Positions 20,131 to 30,519 of a stretch of DNA of 64,000 nt are shown in pieces. The notes beneath the pieces are model-generated. The model ran no database searches. It saw nothing but the letters and a program-made list of their open reading frames with translations, and had not been told where the DNA came from. The translations under genes were made by a program, and so were the position numbers. The stretch is from Gemmatimonadota bacterium (GTDB taxonomy: Bacteria; Gemmatimonadota; Gemmatimonadetes; Gemmatimonadales; GWC2-71-9): assembly GCA_036679605.1 (NCBI GenBank), contig JAZDCZ010000085.1:95404-159403 (forward strand). Reading direction: 5' to 3'. The stretch's first letter is position 1. Each line of letters begins with the position of its first letter.

Positions 20131-21519
20131 TCATCGGATCCCCGCCACCTGGCGCAACACATCGTACCGAGTGATGATGCCTGAGATTTCACCGTTTTGT
20201 TTGACCAGTGCGGCTGGAGTTTCCCTGGACAGCAACCCCGAGAAGCTGTCCAGCGGGAATTGTGCGTCTACAACCGGGTACGGAGCTTCCATCATCTCCC
20301 GCACCGGGCTGTCGAGTGACGCCTTGGACTCCATGGCTTTCGACATGAGCGCACCCTCAGAGACCGAGCCCACACACTCGCTGCCATCCAACACCGGAAG
20401 CTGTGAGACGTTGTATGTACTCATGAGGTTCAGAGCTTGTCGTACCGTCTGCGATGGCTCAACGGTAATCACTTTGGATGACGCTTCTGATTTTTGAGCC
20501 AGGAGGTCCTGAGCGGTAAGAGCCTCGGCATCGATCATTTGATTCTCATGCATCCACTCGTCGTTGAAAAGCTTTGAAAGATAACGCTCGCCCGTGTCGC
20601 ACAGCATCACCACGACGCACCCATTCGGGTCGTCGACTTCCCTTGCGACTCTAAGTGCTATTGTCACGTTTAGGCCGGTCGATCCACCCACGAACAACCC
20701 CTCCTCACGGGCCAAACGGCGCGCCATCTGAAGCGCCGCGCGATCTCCTATAGTCTCAAACTCGTCGATTACGTCGAAATGCAGGGCGTCCGGTATCTTG
20801 TCACCTCCGATGCCCTCCACCTTGTAAGGAGTTCCGCCACGTTTCTCGCGGGTGCGACTGTATTCGGCGTAGATGGATCCCTCCGGGTCCCCGGCGATGA
20901 TCCTGATGTCGGGATTTTTTTCCTTGAGGTATCTGCCGACGCCGCTCACTGTGCCACCGGTACCAGCAGAAGCGACAAAATGTGTAACGCGTCCCTCGGT
21001 TTGTTCCCAGATTTCGGGCCCCGTCGTGCGGTAGTGAGACTCGGGATTTACCTGGTTGTAAAATTGATCGGCTAGTACAGAATTCGGCGTGTTGCTCACG
21101 ATCGCCTTTGCCTTCATGACGTAGTTGTCGGGATGGTCAGCAGGCACTGCCGTGGGGGTGATGATGACCTCGGCGCCGAAAGCCTTCAGAAGCCGAACTT
21201 TTTCCTGAGACATTTTGTCCGGCATCGTGAAAATGCAGCGATAGCCCTTTAGTACCGCAGCCATCGCGAGAGCAACACCCGTGTTGCCCGAGGTGCCCTC
21301 TACAATGAGTCCGCCAGGTGAAATCTTGCCCTGCTTCTCGGCTTCCTCAATGATGGCTATTCCAATTCTATCCTTCACGGAGCCGCCCGGATTGAAAAAT
21401 TCCGCCTTACCGTAGAGAGGAGTGCTAATCCCTTTGGCCACTCGGTGCAGCCGCAGTAGAGGTGTCCAACCGATAGTGTCTAGTATCGTGTCGTATGTAT
21501 GGGGAGGCGTGGGAATCAC
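20131..21519 (-). CDS. Cystathionine beta-synthase with C-terminal CBS domains
   Basis: NPGGSVKDR, TSGNTG, GTGGT, YKVEGIG; tandem CBS pair. Confidence 0.93.
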   Translation of the reverse strand: MIPTPPHTYDTILDTIGWTPLLRLHRVAKGISTPLYGKAEFFNPGGSVKDRIGIAIIEEAEKQGKISPGGLIVEGTSGNTGVALAMAAVLKGYRCIFTMPDKMSQEKVRLLKAFGAEVIITPTAVPADHPDNYVMKAKAIVSNTPNSVLADQFYNQVNPESHYRTTGPEIWEQTEGRVTHFVASAGTGGTVSGVGRYLKEKNPDIRIIAGDPEGSIYAEYSRTREKRGGTPYKVEGIGGDKIPDALHFDVIDEFETIGDRAALQMARRLAREEGLFVGGSTGLNVTIALRVAREVDDPNGCVVVMLCDTGERYLSKLFNDEWMHENQMIDAEALTAQDLLAQKSEASSKVITVEPSQTVRQALNLMSTYNVSQLPVLDGSECVGSVSEGALMSKAMESKASLDSPVREMMEAPYPVVDAQFPLDSFSGLLSRETPAALVKQNGEISGIITRYDVLRQVAGIR

Positions 21520-21920
21520 GATTGCTCTCCGGGTGCCGATCGTGTCGGGAGTTTAAAGTGAATTGGCTGAAGGAAGAGAGTCGCCACTGGTTTACCTTTT
21601 CGACGGGCCGGAGCAAAATCCATGGAGCCAGCACCGGCTACCGCTGCCGAATCGAATGCTGCATACCCGCTACTCTCAGCGACGCGCGTCGAGTCTGATA
21701 TTATGGTCCCATCCGCCGTAATGTAGAGTCGGAGTGTGACAGAAGCCTCGACACCCTGGCGAAAAAGGTCAGTCGGATATAGAACAGGCGCATCAGGGTT
21801 TGTCAGTACTGGAAGTTCAAAGGTCGGTGCCGATACCTGGGTGGAGTCAGTTTCTCCCGCAGGCGTACCGGAACCACAGGCCACCAAGAACGAAACCCAG
21901 AGCAGCGCGATCTTATTCAC
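21516..21920 (-). CDS. TonB C-terminal domain lipoprotein
   Basis: Lipobox LVA-C; YP, ESSG, FDSAA, FAPA pattern. Confidence 0.8.
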   Translation of the reverse strand: MNKIALLWVSFLVACGSGTPAGETDSTQVSAPTFELPVLTNPDAPVLYPTDLFRQGVEASVTLRLYITADGTIISDSTRVAESSGYAAFDSAAVAGAGSMDFAPARRKGKPVATLFLQPIHFKLPTRSAPGEQS

Positions 21921-24505
21921 GGACTCTCCGTTCGCTGTTTCAATTCAGCTAGTTTGCCGAGCGCTTGTATTGGAGTCATGGAGTCAGGATCTAGTTCCTT
22001 CAGTTGCTGAATCACCGGGTGTTCTCCGGGTTTGAAGAGCGCGAGTTGACTGGCGTCGGGAGCCGGCGGCGGCAGCTTGTTTGCTACGTGGTGTCCGGAT
22101 TCCAACAGCCGTAGAATGTTGGTTGCTCGTTCTATGACTTGCTTTGGGAGACCGGCTAGCCGAGCGACGTGCACTCCATATGATCGATCGGCCCCACCCG
22201 GCTCGAGATGGTGCATGAATACGATGTTGTCCCCTACTTCCCGCACCGCCACATTGTAATTGCGGGCGTGCTGTAAAGTTTCGGTTAGCTGCGTTAGTTC
22301 GTGATAGTGTGTGGCGAAGATCGTCTTGCAGCCAACCCGATTGTGGAGGTGTTCGGTCACGGCCCAGGCAATTGCCACCCCATCGAACGTCGACGTTCCG
22401 CGCCCGATCTCGTCTAGCAGAACCAAGCTGCGATCGCTGGCTGCATGGAGTATGGCGCTGGTCTCACTCATCTCGACCATGAACGTAGATTGCCCGCGTC
22501 CGAGGTTGTCGCTGGCCCCCACGCGTGTGAATATGCGGTCGACAAGGCCAATGGTAGCCGAACTCGCTGGGACAAACGAACCCACATGCGCCAAAATCAC
22601 GACCAATCCCACCTGCCGCAGTATCGTCGACTTGCCGGCCATGTTCGGACCGGTTAAGAGCATCACGTGCCCCGAGTCGTCTAGCACGATGTCGTTGGGA
22701 ATAAACTTTCCCTGCGGTAGCATCCGCTCCACGACCGGATGACGACAGTCCCTCAATCGTAGTGCGTAATCTTCCGTTACTTCAGGTCGCACATAGTTTT
22801 CCCGAACAGCGACGTCCGCAAAAGAAGAAAAAACATCGAGTTCTGCCAGCAGCTTGGCACTGTGTTGGAGCGCCGGCACTCTTTCGCTAACGGCGTGCGA
22901 TAGTTTGTTTAGCACTGCAAGTTCACGCTCGTGAACCGTCTGCTCGGCTCCAAGCACGCGGGCCTCGTATTCTTTGAGTTCCGGCGTGACGTATCGCTCG
23001 GCGTGGGTGAGGGTTTGGCGCCGCTCATAGTCGTCGGGAACGGCATGTTGGCGCGCCTTTGTTACCTCGATGTAGTACCCGAAAACCCGGTTGTACCCAA
23101 CCTTGAGAGATGAAACACCGGTGCGTTCTCGCTCTCTCGCTTGCATGGAGGCAATGAAGCGCTTGCCTCCGTCTCTCAGTTCACGTGCCTCGTCAAGCTC
23201 CGGATCTACGCCCGATCCTATGGAATCCCCATCACCGAGTGTCATCGGAGGATTGCCGACTAAACAGCGCGATAGCTCAGCTGACAGTGCGGAGTGGAGG
23301 TCGAACTCGTTAGCGTTGCGCGTCAGTTCAGCGCTCCTATCTCTCGAGCCCAGTCCATCGAGCGCAGCCTTCACATCGGGCAGAAGTCCCAATGAATCTC
23401 GCAACGCTCCAAAGTCTCTGGGGGTTGCCCGGCCTGTGGTCGCCCGCCCGGCAAGCCGCTCGATATCGCGTACGTTCTTGAGTGCGTCATTCAGCCGCTC
23501 TCGGCCTCTGACGTCGGTCACTAGGATATCGACTGCGTCGAGGCGCCCATCGATTTTCGCAACCGTTCGTAGCGGTGCCAATAACCATTGGCGTAGCAGT
23601 CGCTTGCCCATTGGAGTAGTAGTCCGGTCCAATGCCTCCAGCAACGTACCTCCCGGGGAGTCACTTCTAAGCGGCCGTTCTAGTTCTAGGTTGCGCTTGG
23701 TCATTTCGTCTAGCGGGATCGTGCTGCCAGCTCGACGTACGCTGGGCCGTGCTACATGTGGAAGTCCGCCCGGCTGAAGCTCCATCGCATACTTGAGCAG
23801 CGCACCTGCAGCGCGTAACGCCGCGTCGTCCTTCTCGGCTATTTCGAGGCCCTCTACGCTATGTAATCCGAAGAGCTTTTCGATTTCTTCGGCCGCCAAC
23901 TTGGAATCGAACTCCCAAGCCTCGCGCTCCGTCACCATGACTCCCGACGGGAGTGAGTCGCAATCCGATTTTTCAGGAACAACGATCTCGCGCGGATCGT
24001 AACGCGTAAGTGCCGCCTCGAGATCGTGGGCTTCCACTGTCTCCAGCACGAACTCTCCGGTCGATAGATCTAGAGCTGCCAGACCGGACTCGGTGTCGGG
24101 CACCACGGCAACCAAGAAATTGTTTCTGCCACTCTCCAACCAATCGTGAGCGATTACAGCGCCGGGCGTGAGCGTCTCGACAACCTCGCGGCGAACTAGT
24201 CCCTTTGCTTGCTTGGGATCTTCCACCTGCTCGCAGATGGCGACGCGGTGCCCTCCCTCTACTAGCCTTCGGAGGTACTCCGCGGCTGCTTTGACCGGAA
24301 CTCCCGCCAACGGCACTCCAGCGGCGCCGCCGTTGTTTCGGGTGGTCAGCGTGAGTCCGAGTTCACTCGCAGCCTGCTTGGCGTCGTCGAAGAACATCTC
24401 ATAGAAGTCGCCCATGCGGAAAAACAAGATCGCATCGGAGTGCCGCGCTTTGATCTCGCGGTACTGCTTCATCAAAGGAGTATCGAGCCCCTGCGGTTTA
24501 CTCAT
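21917..24505 (-). CDS. mutS: DNA mismatch repair protein MutS
   Basis: TPLMKQY, GDFYEMF, GPNMAGKST, DEIGRGT, ATHYHEL. Confidence 0.98.
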   Translation of the reverse strand: MSKPQGLDTPLMKQYREIKARHSDAILFFRMGDFYEMFFDDAKQAASELGLTLTTRNNGGAAGVPLAGVPVKAAAEYLRRLVEGGHRVAICEQVEDPKQAKGLVRREVVETLTPGAVIAHDWLESGRNNFLVAVVPDTESGLAALDLSTGEFVLETVEAHDLEAALTRYDPREIVVPEKSDCDSLPSGVMVTEREAWEFDSKLAAEEIEKLFGLHSVEGLEIAEKDDAALRAAGALLKYAMELQPGGLPHVARPSVRRAGSTIPLDEMTKRNLELERPLRSDSPGGTLLEALDRTTTPMGKRLLRQWLLAPLRTVAKIDGRLDAVDILVTDVRGRERLNDALKNVRDIERLAGRATTGRATPRDFGALRDSLGLLPDVKAALDGLGSRDRSAELTRNANEFDLHSALSAELSRCLVGNPPMTLGDGDSIGSGVDPELDEARELRDGGKRFIASMQARERERTGVSSLKVGYNRVFGYYIEVTKARQHAVPDDYERRQTLTHAERYVTPELKEYEARVLGAEQTVHERELAVLNKLSHAVSERVPALQHSAKLLAELDVFSSFADVAVRENYVRPEVTEDYALRLRDCRHPVVERMLPQGKFIPNDIVLDDSGHVMLLTGPNMAGKSTILRQVGLVVILAHVGSFVPASSATIGLVDRIFTRVGASDNLGRGQSTFMVEMSETSAILHAASDRSLVLLDEIGRGTSTFDGVAIAWAVTEHLHNRVGCKTIFATHYHELTQLTETLQHARNYNVAVREVGDNIVFMHHLEPGGADRSYGVHVARLAGLPKQVIERATNILRLLESGHHVANKLPPPAPDASQLALFKPGEHPVIQQLKELDPDSMTPIQALGKLAELKQRTESP

Positions 24506-25371
24506 GACTCTTCCACTACGAACGGCCTGCCGCCTCTCTTGCTGCGGATTTCTCCGGCGAGTTTCTGGGCTTCTGCCTTGCGTGTAAACCGACCGACCCG
24601 GATCTTGAGCAGCCCGTCTGAGCTGTCACGTATCACGTGAGGTTCGAAGCCCAGGGACTTGAGGTCACGCATCACCTGGTCGGCCGCTGCTGCGCTGGCT
24701 ACGGCCGAAACCTGGACTGAGAAAACTGTAGTGCCGGCCGGCCGCTGAGGGGCTGGTTCGTTTGCAGCCGCTGAATCACTTAAGGCCGGAGTTTCTTGGT
24801 TCAGACAACGTTGTAGGTAGTAGCGCGCACGGTTGGATAGCTCGAAGTTCTCGCCGGCGTCCTCTCCTGCCTGGCGCAAGAGGGAGCAACCTTGCTCTGT
24901 TTCGCCAAGCTCGAACTGTGCTCGTCCCGACCAATATGCGGCCTCCGCCCGCGCTTCACTGAATGGGTAGTCAAGCAGAATACGATCGGCAGAGCGAATG
25001 GCGGACCGGAGTTCTCCACTGATGAACGACAGTTGCGCGATTCTCAGCAGGGACTTATCGGCCCACTCCGAGTTAGTGTGCTCTATGCTGACTCGTCGAT
25101 AATAGGTGAGCGCGCTGTCGGTATCACCCGCCACCAGGCCAGCCGTGTAGAGTAGTTCCGCATAGCGCGAGTCATTGGGCGAGAGCATGGCCAGGTGTGA
25201 TCGCACGAAGGCCCGCGCTGAGTCTCCCTGTCCTTCCGTGGCTAGGCGGACGGCTTCCAATTGCAGTGAATCCTGCAGCAGTGAATCTTGCTGCGCGGAG
25301 GCCGGTGGCGGTTGCATCACGCAAATTGCAGCGGTGACCAGTAATACGGGCTTGGCTAGGTTACGCATCAT
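24502..25371 (-). CDS. Exported TPR + SPOR domain protein
   Basis: Signal peptide, TPR-like helices, C-terminal FSVQV...IRVGRF. Confidence 0.8.
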   Translation of the reverse strand: MMRNLAKPVLLVTAAICVMQPPPASAQQDSLLQDSLQLEAVRLATEGQGDSARAFVRSHLAMLSPNDSRYAELLYTAGLVAGDTDSALTYYRRVSIEHTNSEWADKSLLRIAQLSFISGELRSAIRSADRILLDYPFSEARAEAAYWSGRAQFELGETEQGCSLLRQAGEDAGENFELSNRARYYLQRCLNQETPALSDSAAANEPAPQRPAGTTVFSVQVSAVASAAAADQVMRDLKSLGFEPHVIRDSSDGLLKIRVGRFTRKAEAQKLAGEIRSKRGGRPFVVEES

Positions 25372-26423
25372 GCTGCGTCCCGGGTAGTACTCATGCGAAG
25401 TAACATGGTCGACAGAATACCTCGTTCGTCGCTCAGGGTGGTTGATTTTAGCGCCAGGTCACACTCGTAGGCCGACCTGAGCGCCGCTGTGATCTCATGT
25501 GAAGTCCACCGTTCCGCGGCCTTCGCCCAGAGTGTCGCTTCCTGCTTCCAGTTACCGAGGCCCTGCGGTCGCGCCGCCCGGATAGCGTCGAACACCGCTC
25601 CTTCTATGCGGCGTGACGGCATGCTCTTTTCGGCCAGAGCGACAGCGAGCGATACACCGATGAGTGCCGGCCCTAGAGCAATCACCATGCGAACGCCATT
25701 AACGCCTGCGCCTGCCAGTACAGATTCCAACATGCCGACCGCACTGGGAATATCACGATTCAGAATTGCGCTCACCCAATCGCGTAGTGTCTCGCCACGC
25801 CGCACACCGACCAGCGCGGCCACATCTTCAGCATTCACCTCATCACCATCTGAAGCTACGGCGGAGAGTTTGTCTATTTCCATCGCCAGGTGTGACAGAT
25901 TGAACCCGACGGAACTTACGAGGTGCTCGGTGGCCTCCTCAGTCAAGGTGAAACCGGAGTTCTGGGCTCGAACGCCGATCCAGCGTCGCAGGCGAGGGTG
26001 GGTGAGTGGGCCCACCGCTACGTGGACGGCGCTCTTCGCGATTGTCTTGTGAGGTTCCTTGCCAGGTCCCTGAATCAACACCAGCACCGTTGAGGGAGAA
26101 GGATTTTCCAAGTACTGATGCACCACTTTCCAGACGCCTGCATTCTTGCGCCAGTGCTCGATACCCTTCACGACCACAACTCGCCGTTCGGCGAACATCG
26201 GCGGAGTCTCGACCAAGGCGAAGAAGCTCTCGCCGTCCAAATCGCTGGCGGACCTCACATCGAAGTTGAACTCGCGTCCCGCAGAGTCGAGTGTTTGGCT
26301 TGAGATGAGCTGGACGATCTCATCCTTGAGCAGCTCTTGATCGCCGGTCAGGTAATAGACGGATTCAGTCTGCTCTCGCCTTATTGTGCGGTGAGCCGAA
26401 TCGAAGGAGAGTGTAGCCGCCAT
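25368..26423 (-). CDS. holA: DNA polymerase III delta subunit
   Basis: VYYLTGD, PMFAERRVVVV, EIDKL, DLALKS. Confidence 0.92.
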   Translation of the reverse strand: MAATLSFDSAHRTIRREQTESVYYLTGDQELLKDEIVQLISSQTLDSAGREFNFDVRSASDLDGESFFALVETPPMFAERRVVVVKGIEHWRKNAGVWKVVHQYLENPSPSTVLVLIQGPGKEPHKTIAKSAVHVAVGPLTHPRLRRWIGVRAQNSGFTLTEEATEHLVSSVGFNLSHLAMEIDKLSAVASDGDEVNAEDVAALVGVRRGETLRDWVSAILNRDIPSAVGMLESVLAGAGVNGVRMVIALGPALIGVSLAVALAEKSMPSRRIEGAVFDAIRAARPQGLGNWKQEATLWAKAAERWTSHEITAALRSAYECDLALKSTTLSDERGILSTMLLRMSTTRDAA

Positions 26424-26453
26424 ATTAGGCGGAAAGTTACCGAAGGGGCTCGC

Positions 26454-26963
26454 CTATCGCGAGAGAGTGAGCCAGGCCTCGAACGAGGTCTCCGACGGGC
26501 CGGGCACGCGCGAGGTCGGCTCAAGTGTGGGCATCTCGGCAAATCGAGCTAGTGGAACCTGAGCGCTCCCGGTGGTGAAAGGAGGTAGCGGGCTCGCCGA
26601 CACCTGTGTGGGCGTCCCGGCCGGTCGAGGCGAAGGCCCTAGTTCGGTGATGGCAAGAGCCAGAGCGGCCAACAGCATTATGGCTACCATGATGCCGGCG
26701 GAGGGCACAGGCACTGGTTCATCGACCAGGGCCAGCCCCGTAGTTCTGGCTAGACGGCGATCTAACTGTGAGAGAAAGTGGGCGGAAGGCTCGATATCGT
26801 GCGTTGCCTTGAGCGCGATGACGCCCCGTGAGATTCGGGCGTCATACTCCATACATCGCGTGCAGCCCTCGAGATGTCGCCCAATACGGGCGCTCTGCGC
26901 CCGGTCTGCTATGAGACCGTCGCGGTGGTCGGAATAGAGTTCGAGAAATTCACTGCAGTGCAT
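26454..26963 (-). CDS. Zinc-finger (ZAS) anti-sigma factor
   Basis: HLEGCTRC HxxxCxxC motif plus TM helix; downstream of ECF sigma. Confidence 0.85.
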   Translation of the reverse strand: MHCSEFLELYSDHRDGLIADRAQSARIGRHLEGCTRCMEYDARISRGVIALKATHDIEPSAHFLSQLDRRLARTTGLALVDEPVPVPSAGIMVAIMLLAALALAITELGPSPRPAGTPTQVSASPLPPFTTGSAQVPLARFAEMPTLEPTSRVPGPSETSFEAWLTLSR

Positions 26964-26990
26964 GGCAGAAGCCTCAGGGTACTGGGCTTA

Positions 26991-27016
26991 TTACCATGCG
27001 AAATTCAGGAGGTTCC
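26991..27016 (-). promoter_or_regulatory. Putative ECF-type promoter upstream of the anti-sigma gene
   Basis: GGAAC-N17-GTAA on minus strand. Confidence 0.45.
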
Positions 27017-27102
27017 GCCCGACGGTGGTGGGGACAGAAAGCTCGGTAGTAGCTGGAACGGGCCTCTGGTACTTCCTGTCCCCCCCCGTTGTCCGTATGT
27101 AC

Positions 27103-27747
27103 CTAGTCTAGCAGCGGCGCTATCAGGTGGGCAAACCGGTTGCGAGCCCGGTTGAGCCGGCTCTTTACCGTGCCGAGGTTACAGCCTGTTATCTCCGCGA
27201 TCTCCTCGTATGTCTTGCCCTCCAGTTCCCGTAGCACGAACACCACCCTGTGATGCTCAGGGAGCTGCCGCACCGACCACTGGACCAGTTCCCTCAGGTG
27301 CCGCTTGCGGAAGACGTCGTCGGGCCGCTGGCGCTTGTCCTCAAACTCAACAGGGCGATGGTCTGCCTCCCAGTTCTTCTTGATTGTCTGAAAGAGCACT
27401 AGGGGGCTGCGGCTCCGGTTACGGAGTTCGTTCTTGGCAAGGTTCGAGGCTATGGTGTAGATCCAGGTGGAGAACTTCTTGGTTTGATCAAACCGGATCA
27501 TGTGCCGGTGCACTCTGATAAAGACCTCTTGTACGAGGTCTTCCGCACGTTCGCGGTCTCCAATGGTGCGGTAGACGAAGTTAAGCAATCTCTTCTGATA
27601 CCGGACAACCAACTCGTCGAAAGCCGTAGTCCTACCGGCTAGGTAGGCAGCAACGACCTGTGAGTCGTTGTAGGCGTCTAGGGCGGGTTGTCTCCATTGC
27701 TGCGCTGCAGCGGTCGCGGCGTGCCGTGGTTGTATAACTGCGGTCAT
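27103..27747 (-). CDS. ECF RNA polymerase sigma factor
   Basis: AEDLVQEVF, FSTWIYTIA, TYEEIA, GTVKSRLNRAR. Confidence 0.95.
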   Translation of the reverse strand: MTAVIQPRHAATAAAQQWRQPALDAYNDSQVVAAYLAGRTTAFDELVVRYQKRLLNFVYRTIGDRERAEDLVQEVFIRVHRHMIRFDQTKKFSTWIYTIASNLAKNELRNRSRSPLVLFQTIKKNWEADHRPVEFEDKRQRPDDVFRKRHLRELVQWSVRQLPEHHRVVFVLRELEGKTYEEIAEITGCNLGTVKSRLNRARNRFAHLIAPLLD

Positions 27748-27996
27748 CTGTTAGCTCCCGGGTCTCTGCTCATGCTTGTGGGGCAGACACCCTTTTTCAA
27801 ATCGGACGAAGAAAGTTCTTTAGCTCACCCTCCAAACGAGTAACCAGACAGCGTTGGCACCTTGCGGGTGCACGAAGCATACCCGGTAAATCGGCCCTCT
27901 CGGCACCGAGCTAACCAATTGATTGTGATGGTGTTACGGCGATTTCAGTGGCCCGTCCACAGGATCGGTCATTGTCCCCTCTTGGGGACGCAGAGC

Positions 27997-28551
27997 CTAG
28001 AGATTGAGTCTGAAGCCGGCTACAAAGAGCAGGGCTACGATCGACTTTCCATCGACGATTTCCCCATCTCGAATCATCTCCAGGGTGGTAGAGAACGGGC
28101 GGGTCGCTACCTCAATGAACTCGTCCGGTTCATGTCTGGCTCCGCCCACGGTGATGCCGGTGGCCAAGTAGAGGTGAATCTGCTCGTCGGTGAAACCAGG
28201 CGTGGTATAGACGGTGGTGAGGTGTTCCAAGGATTCTGCTTTGGCTCCGGTCTCTTCCAGTAGCTCACGACGCGCGCAGGCAGCAGGATCCTCGCCAGCT
28301 TCGAGCACACCCGCCGGAATCTCCCAGATCGTGTCCTCCGCGGCGTAGCGGTATTGCTTTATGAGTAGGACGCTGGGGTCTTCCGAATCGACTGACGACA
28401 AGAGCGGTACGACGGCGGAGGCTCCAGAGTGGCGTACCATTTCCAACTCCAACCTGGAACCGTCAGGTGCCGTGATGGTGTCTAGGTCTACCTTCACCAC
28501 GCGCCCGTCGTAGACGCGACGCGTACTGATGCGGTTTTCGGGTCTCGTCAT
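27997..28551 (-). CDS. NUDIX hydrolase (ADP-ribose pyrophosphatase-like)
   Basis: QYRY, Nudix box GVLEAGEDPAACARRELLEETG. Confidence 0.92.
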   Translation of the reverse strand: MTRPENRISTRRVYDGRVVKVDLDTITAPDGSRLELEMVRHSGASAVVPLLSSVDSEDPSVLLIKQYRYAAEDTIWEIPAGVLEAGEDPAACARRELLEETGAKAESLEHLTTVYTTPGFTDEQIHLYLATGITVGGARHEPDEFIEVATRPFSTTLEMIRDGEIVDGKSIVALLFVAGFRLNL

Positions 28552-28715
28552 GCCTCGCGCTCGAATACAACGGCCACACGGCCACCCTCAAGTTGTGTAA
28601 TGGACCCGAACTGCCACCCCATACGGGTGCGTTCGTTTAGTAGATCCGTGATCGTTTCTTCGTCTTCGCGTGTCCTTTGCTGCAGCGTGAGAATGGCGAC
28701 TTGGTACTGTTTCAT
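28548..28715 (-). CDS. Small protein, DUF4177-like
   Basis: Manual translation MKQYQVAIL...LLNERTRMGWQF...VVFEREA* (55 aa); GAGG RBS; ATGA overlap with NUDIX gene. Confidence 0.75.
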   Translation of the reverse strand: MKQYQVAILTLQQRTREDEETITDLLNERTRMGWQFGSITQLEGGRVAVVFEREA

Positions 28716-28726
28716 TCTGTCCTCAT

Positions 28727-29359
28727 TTACCGTGTCCCGAAGAGACGGTCTCCAGCGTCTCCCAGACCCGGTAGGATGTATCCGCGTGAATTGAGTTCTC
28801 TGTCCAGGGCGGCGGTGTAGATGCGAACCTCGGGATGTGCTTCTTCCATGCGCTTGACACCCTCGGGAGCGGCTACAAGACAGAGAAAAACGATCCGCTT
28901 ACCCCCGGCTTTTTTCAGTGCCGAAACGGCATCGACAGCCGAGCCTCCTGTTGCGAGCATGGGATCCAGTACGAATAGGATTCGGTCAGCTTCGTCACTC
29001 GGGATCTTGAAGTAGTAGTCGATCGGCTCCAAGGTGTCGTGGTCGCGATAGATCCCGATGTGGCCCACCCGCGCACTGGGTATCAGCTGGCTTATGCCCT
29101 CCACCATCCCAAGTCCTGCCCGTAGAATCGGGATCAGCACGAGCTTCTTACCGGCCACCCGCTTGCCCGACATCCGCTCGAGAGGAGTTTCCACCTCGAC
29201 CTCTTCGAGGTCAAGCGACTTAGTCGCCTCGTATGCCATGAGTGTCGCGATCTCGCTCACCAACGCTCGAAAATCACGAGTGGACGTAGTCTTGTCGCGT
29301 AGCTTTGTGATCTTGTGCTGGACCAGTGGGTGATCGACCACGGTTAGGTTTGCGTGCAT
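28727..29359 (-). CDS. upp: Uracil phosphoribosyltransferase
   Basis: [30 protein letters not shown]. Confidence 0.97.
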   Translation of the reverse strand: MHANLTVVDHPLVQHKITKLRDKTTSTRDFRALVSEIATLMAYEATKSLDLEEVEVETPLERMSGKRVAGKKLVLIPILRAGLGMVEGISQLIPSARVGHIGIYRDHDTLEPIDYYFKIPSDEADRILFVLDPMLATGGSAVDAVSALKKAGGKRIVFLCLVAAPEGVKRMEEAHPEVRIYTAALDRELNSRGYILPGLGDAGDRLFGTR

Positions 29360-29439
29360 ATCCAGTCTCCCTGGCGCCAGTGTTCCGACGGCACAATTTC
29401 GCGCGGCTGCGTGCGGAAGGGAAGGTGCGGTGAAGCGAG

Positions 29440-30519
29440 TTAGTTGATGAGCAGACGGCGGGCCGCACGGCGGCCGGAATCCAGTGCGCTGTGAACCCCA
29501 GCTCCATGAACTCCAGCTCCAGCCAGCTCAATGTTGCCCAGTTTCCTAACGCGATCGACGACGCAAGTGATGCGCTGAACTATGTCGTTGCTCATGCGAT
29601 AAATGGTCTCTGGCCAGCGTGAGACCCAACCCGAGGTGGGCGGTTCGGCAAGATCCAGAACGGAGTCGAGTTCTGTTACTGCGCGGTCTATCCAAACACG
29701 GTCCGCTCCATCTATCGGGCACGCGCCTCCCGGTCGATAGAACGCCCTCAGCAGCACATAGCCGGTGGGGCAGCGGTTGGGGAACTTGGAAGAGGTAAAC
29801 GTGCATGCCTTGAAGCCGGGTGCCTCGCGTGACTGCCCGGGAATCACGTAACCGGTGGCGTCGAGCGAATGACCCACTGCCTCACTGCGAAAGGCGAGCG
29901 AGATCGTGACACTCGAAAGTGCGGGAATCGTCGGAAAAGAGAGTCCCATGGAGTGGTCGGCCCCGTCGAGTAGTGCCGCAGTGACTTGTGGTGGCGTCGC
30001 CAGAACGACTGCACTCGGTGTCATGAGATCTTCGCCGTCCGCCCGGACCACCCAGCCCTGATTGTTTGGTGCGATGCCCGTCACCGTCTTTCCAAGATTC
30101 AATTGCGTTGCTCCCAGCCCGTCGAGTAGCTTCTCGATTAGATCTCTCATTCCGGTTTCGAAGGCCACCACTCCCCTGCCCCTCAATGTTTCGTCTCCCC
30201 CCAGCCCCAACATTGCGGCAGCCGCACCCTTCGGCAGTGGCTTAAGTGACTGTCCTTCAAGGACTAAAGAGTCCAACTCTGATTGACTGACCAGTCGGTC
30301 AAGTGCTCCGATTCTGCCCAGGAACTCACGCGTTTCTGGGTCGGGGGTCACCAGGGAATCGGCTCCCAACTCCACCACATAGTTATCGCTGCGGGTTGTC
30401 TCTATCTGGCCGCCTACTCTGTCCGAGGCCTCAAAGAGTGATACTTCCAAGCCGCCACTTGAGAGTTCGTGGGCGGCGGCCAACCCTGCGAGCCCGCCAC
30501 CGATGACGGCTACATCCAT
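29440..30519 (-). CDS. hemY: HemY/CgoX-like porphyrinogen oxidase (short, 359 aa)
   Basis: GGGLAGL FAD motif, [23 protein letters not shown]; adjacent to ChdC-like gene. Confidence 0.75.
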   Translation of the reverse strand: MDVAVIGGGLAGLAAAHELSSGGLEVSLFEASDRVGGQIETTRSDNYVVELGADSLVTPDPETREFLGRIGALDRLVSQSELDSLVLEGQSLKPLPKGAAAAMLGLGGDETLRGRGVVAFETGMRDLIEKLLDGLGATQLNLGKTVTGIAPNNQGWVVRADGEDLMTPSAVVLATPPQVTAALLDGADHSMGLSFPTIPALSSVTISLAFRSEAVGHSLDATGYVIPGQSREAPGFKACTFTSSKFPNRCPTGYVLLRAFYRPGGACPIDGADRVWIDRAVTELDSVLDLAEPPTSGWVSRWPETIYRMSNDIVQRITCVVDRVRKLGNIELAGAGVHGAGVHSALDSGRRAARRLLIN

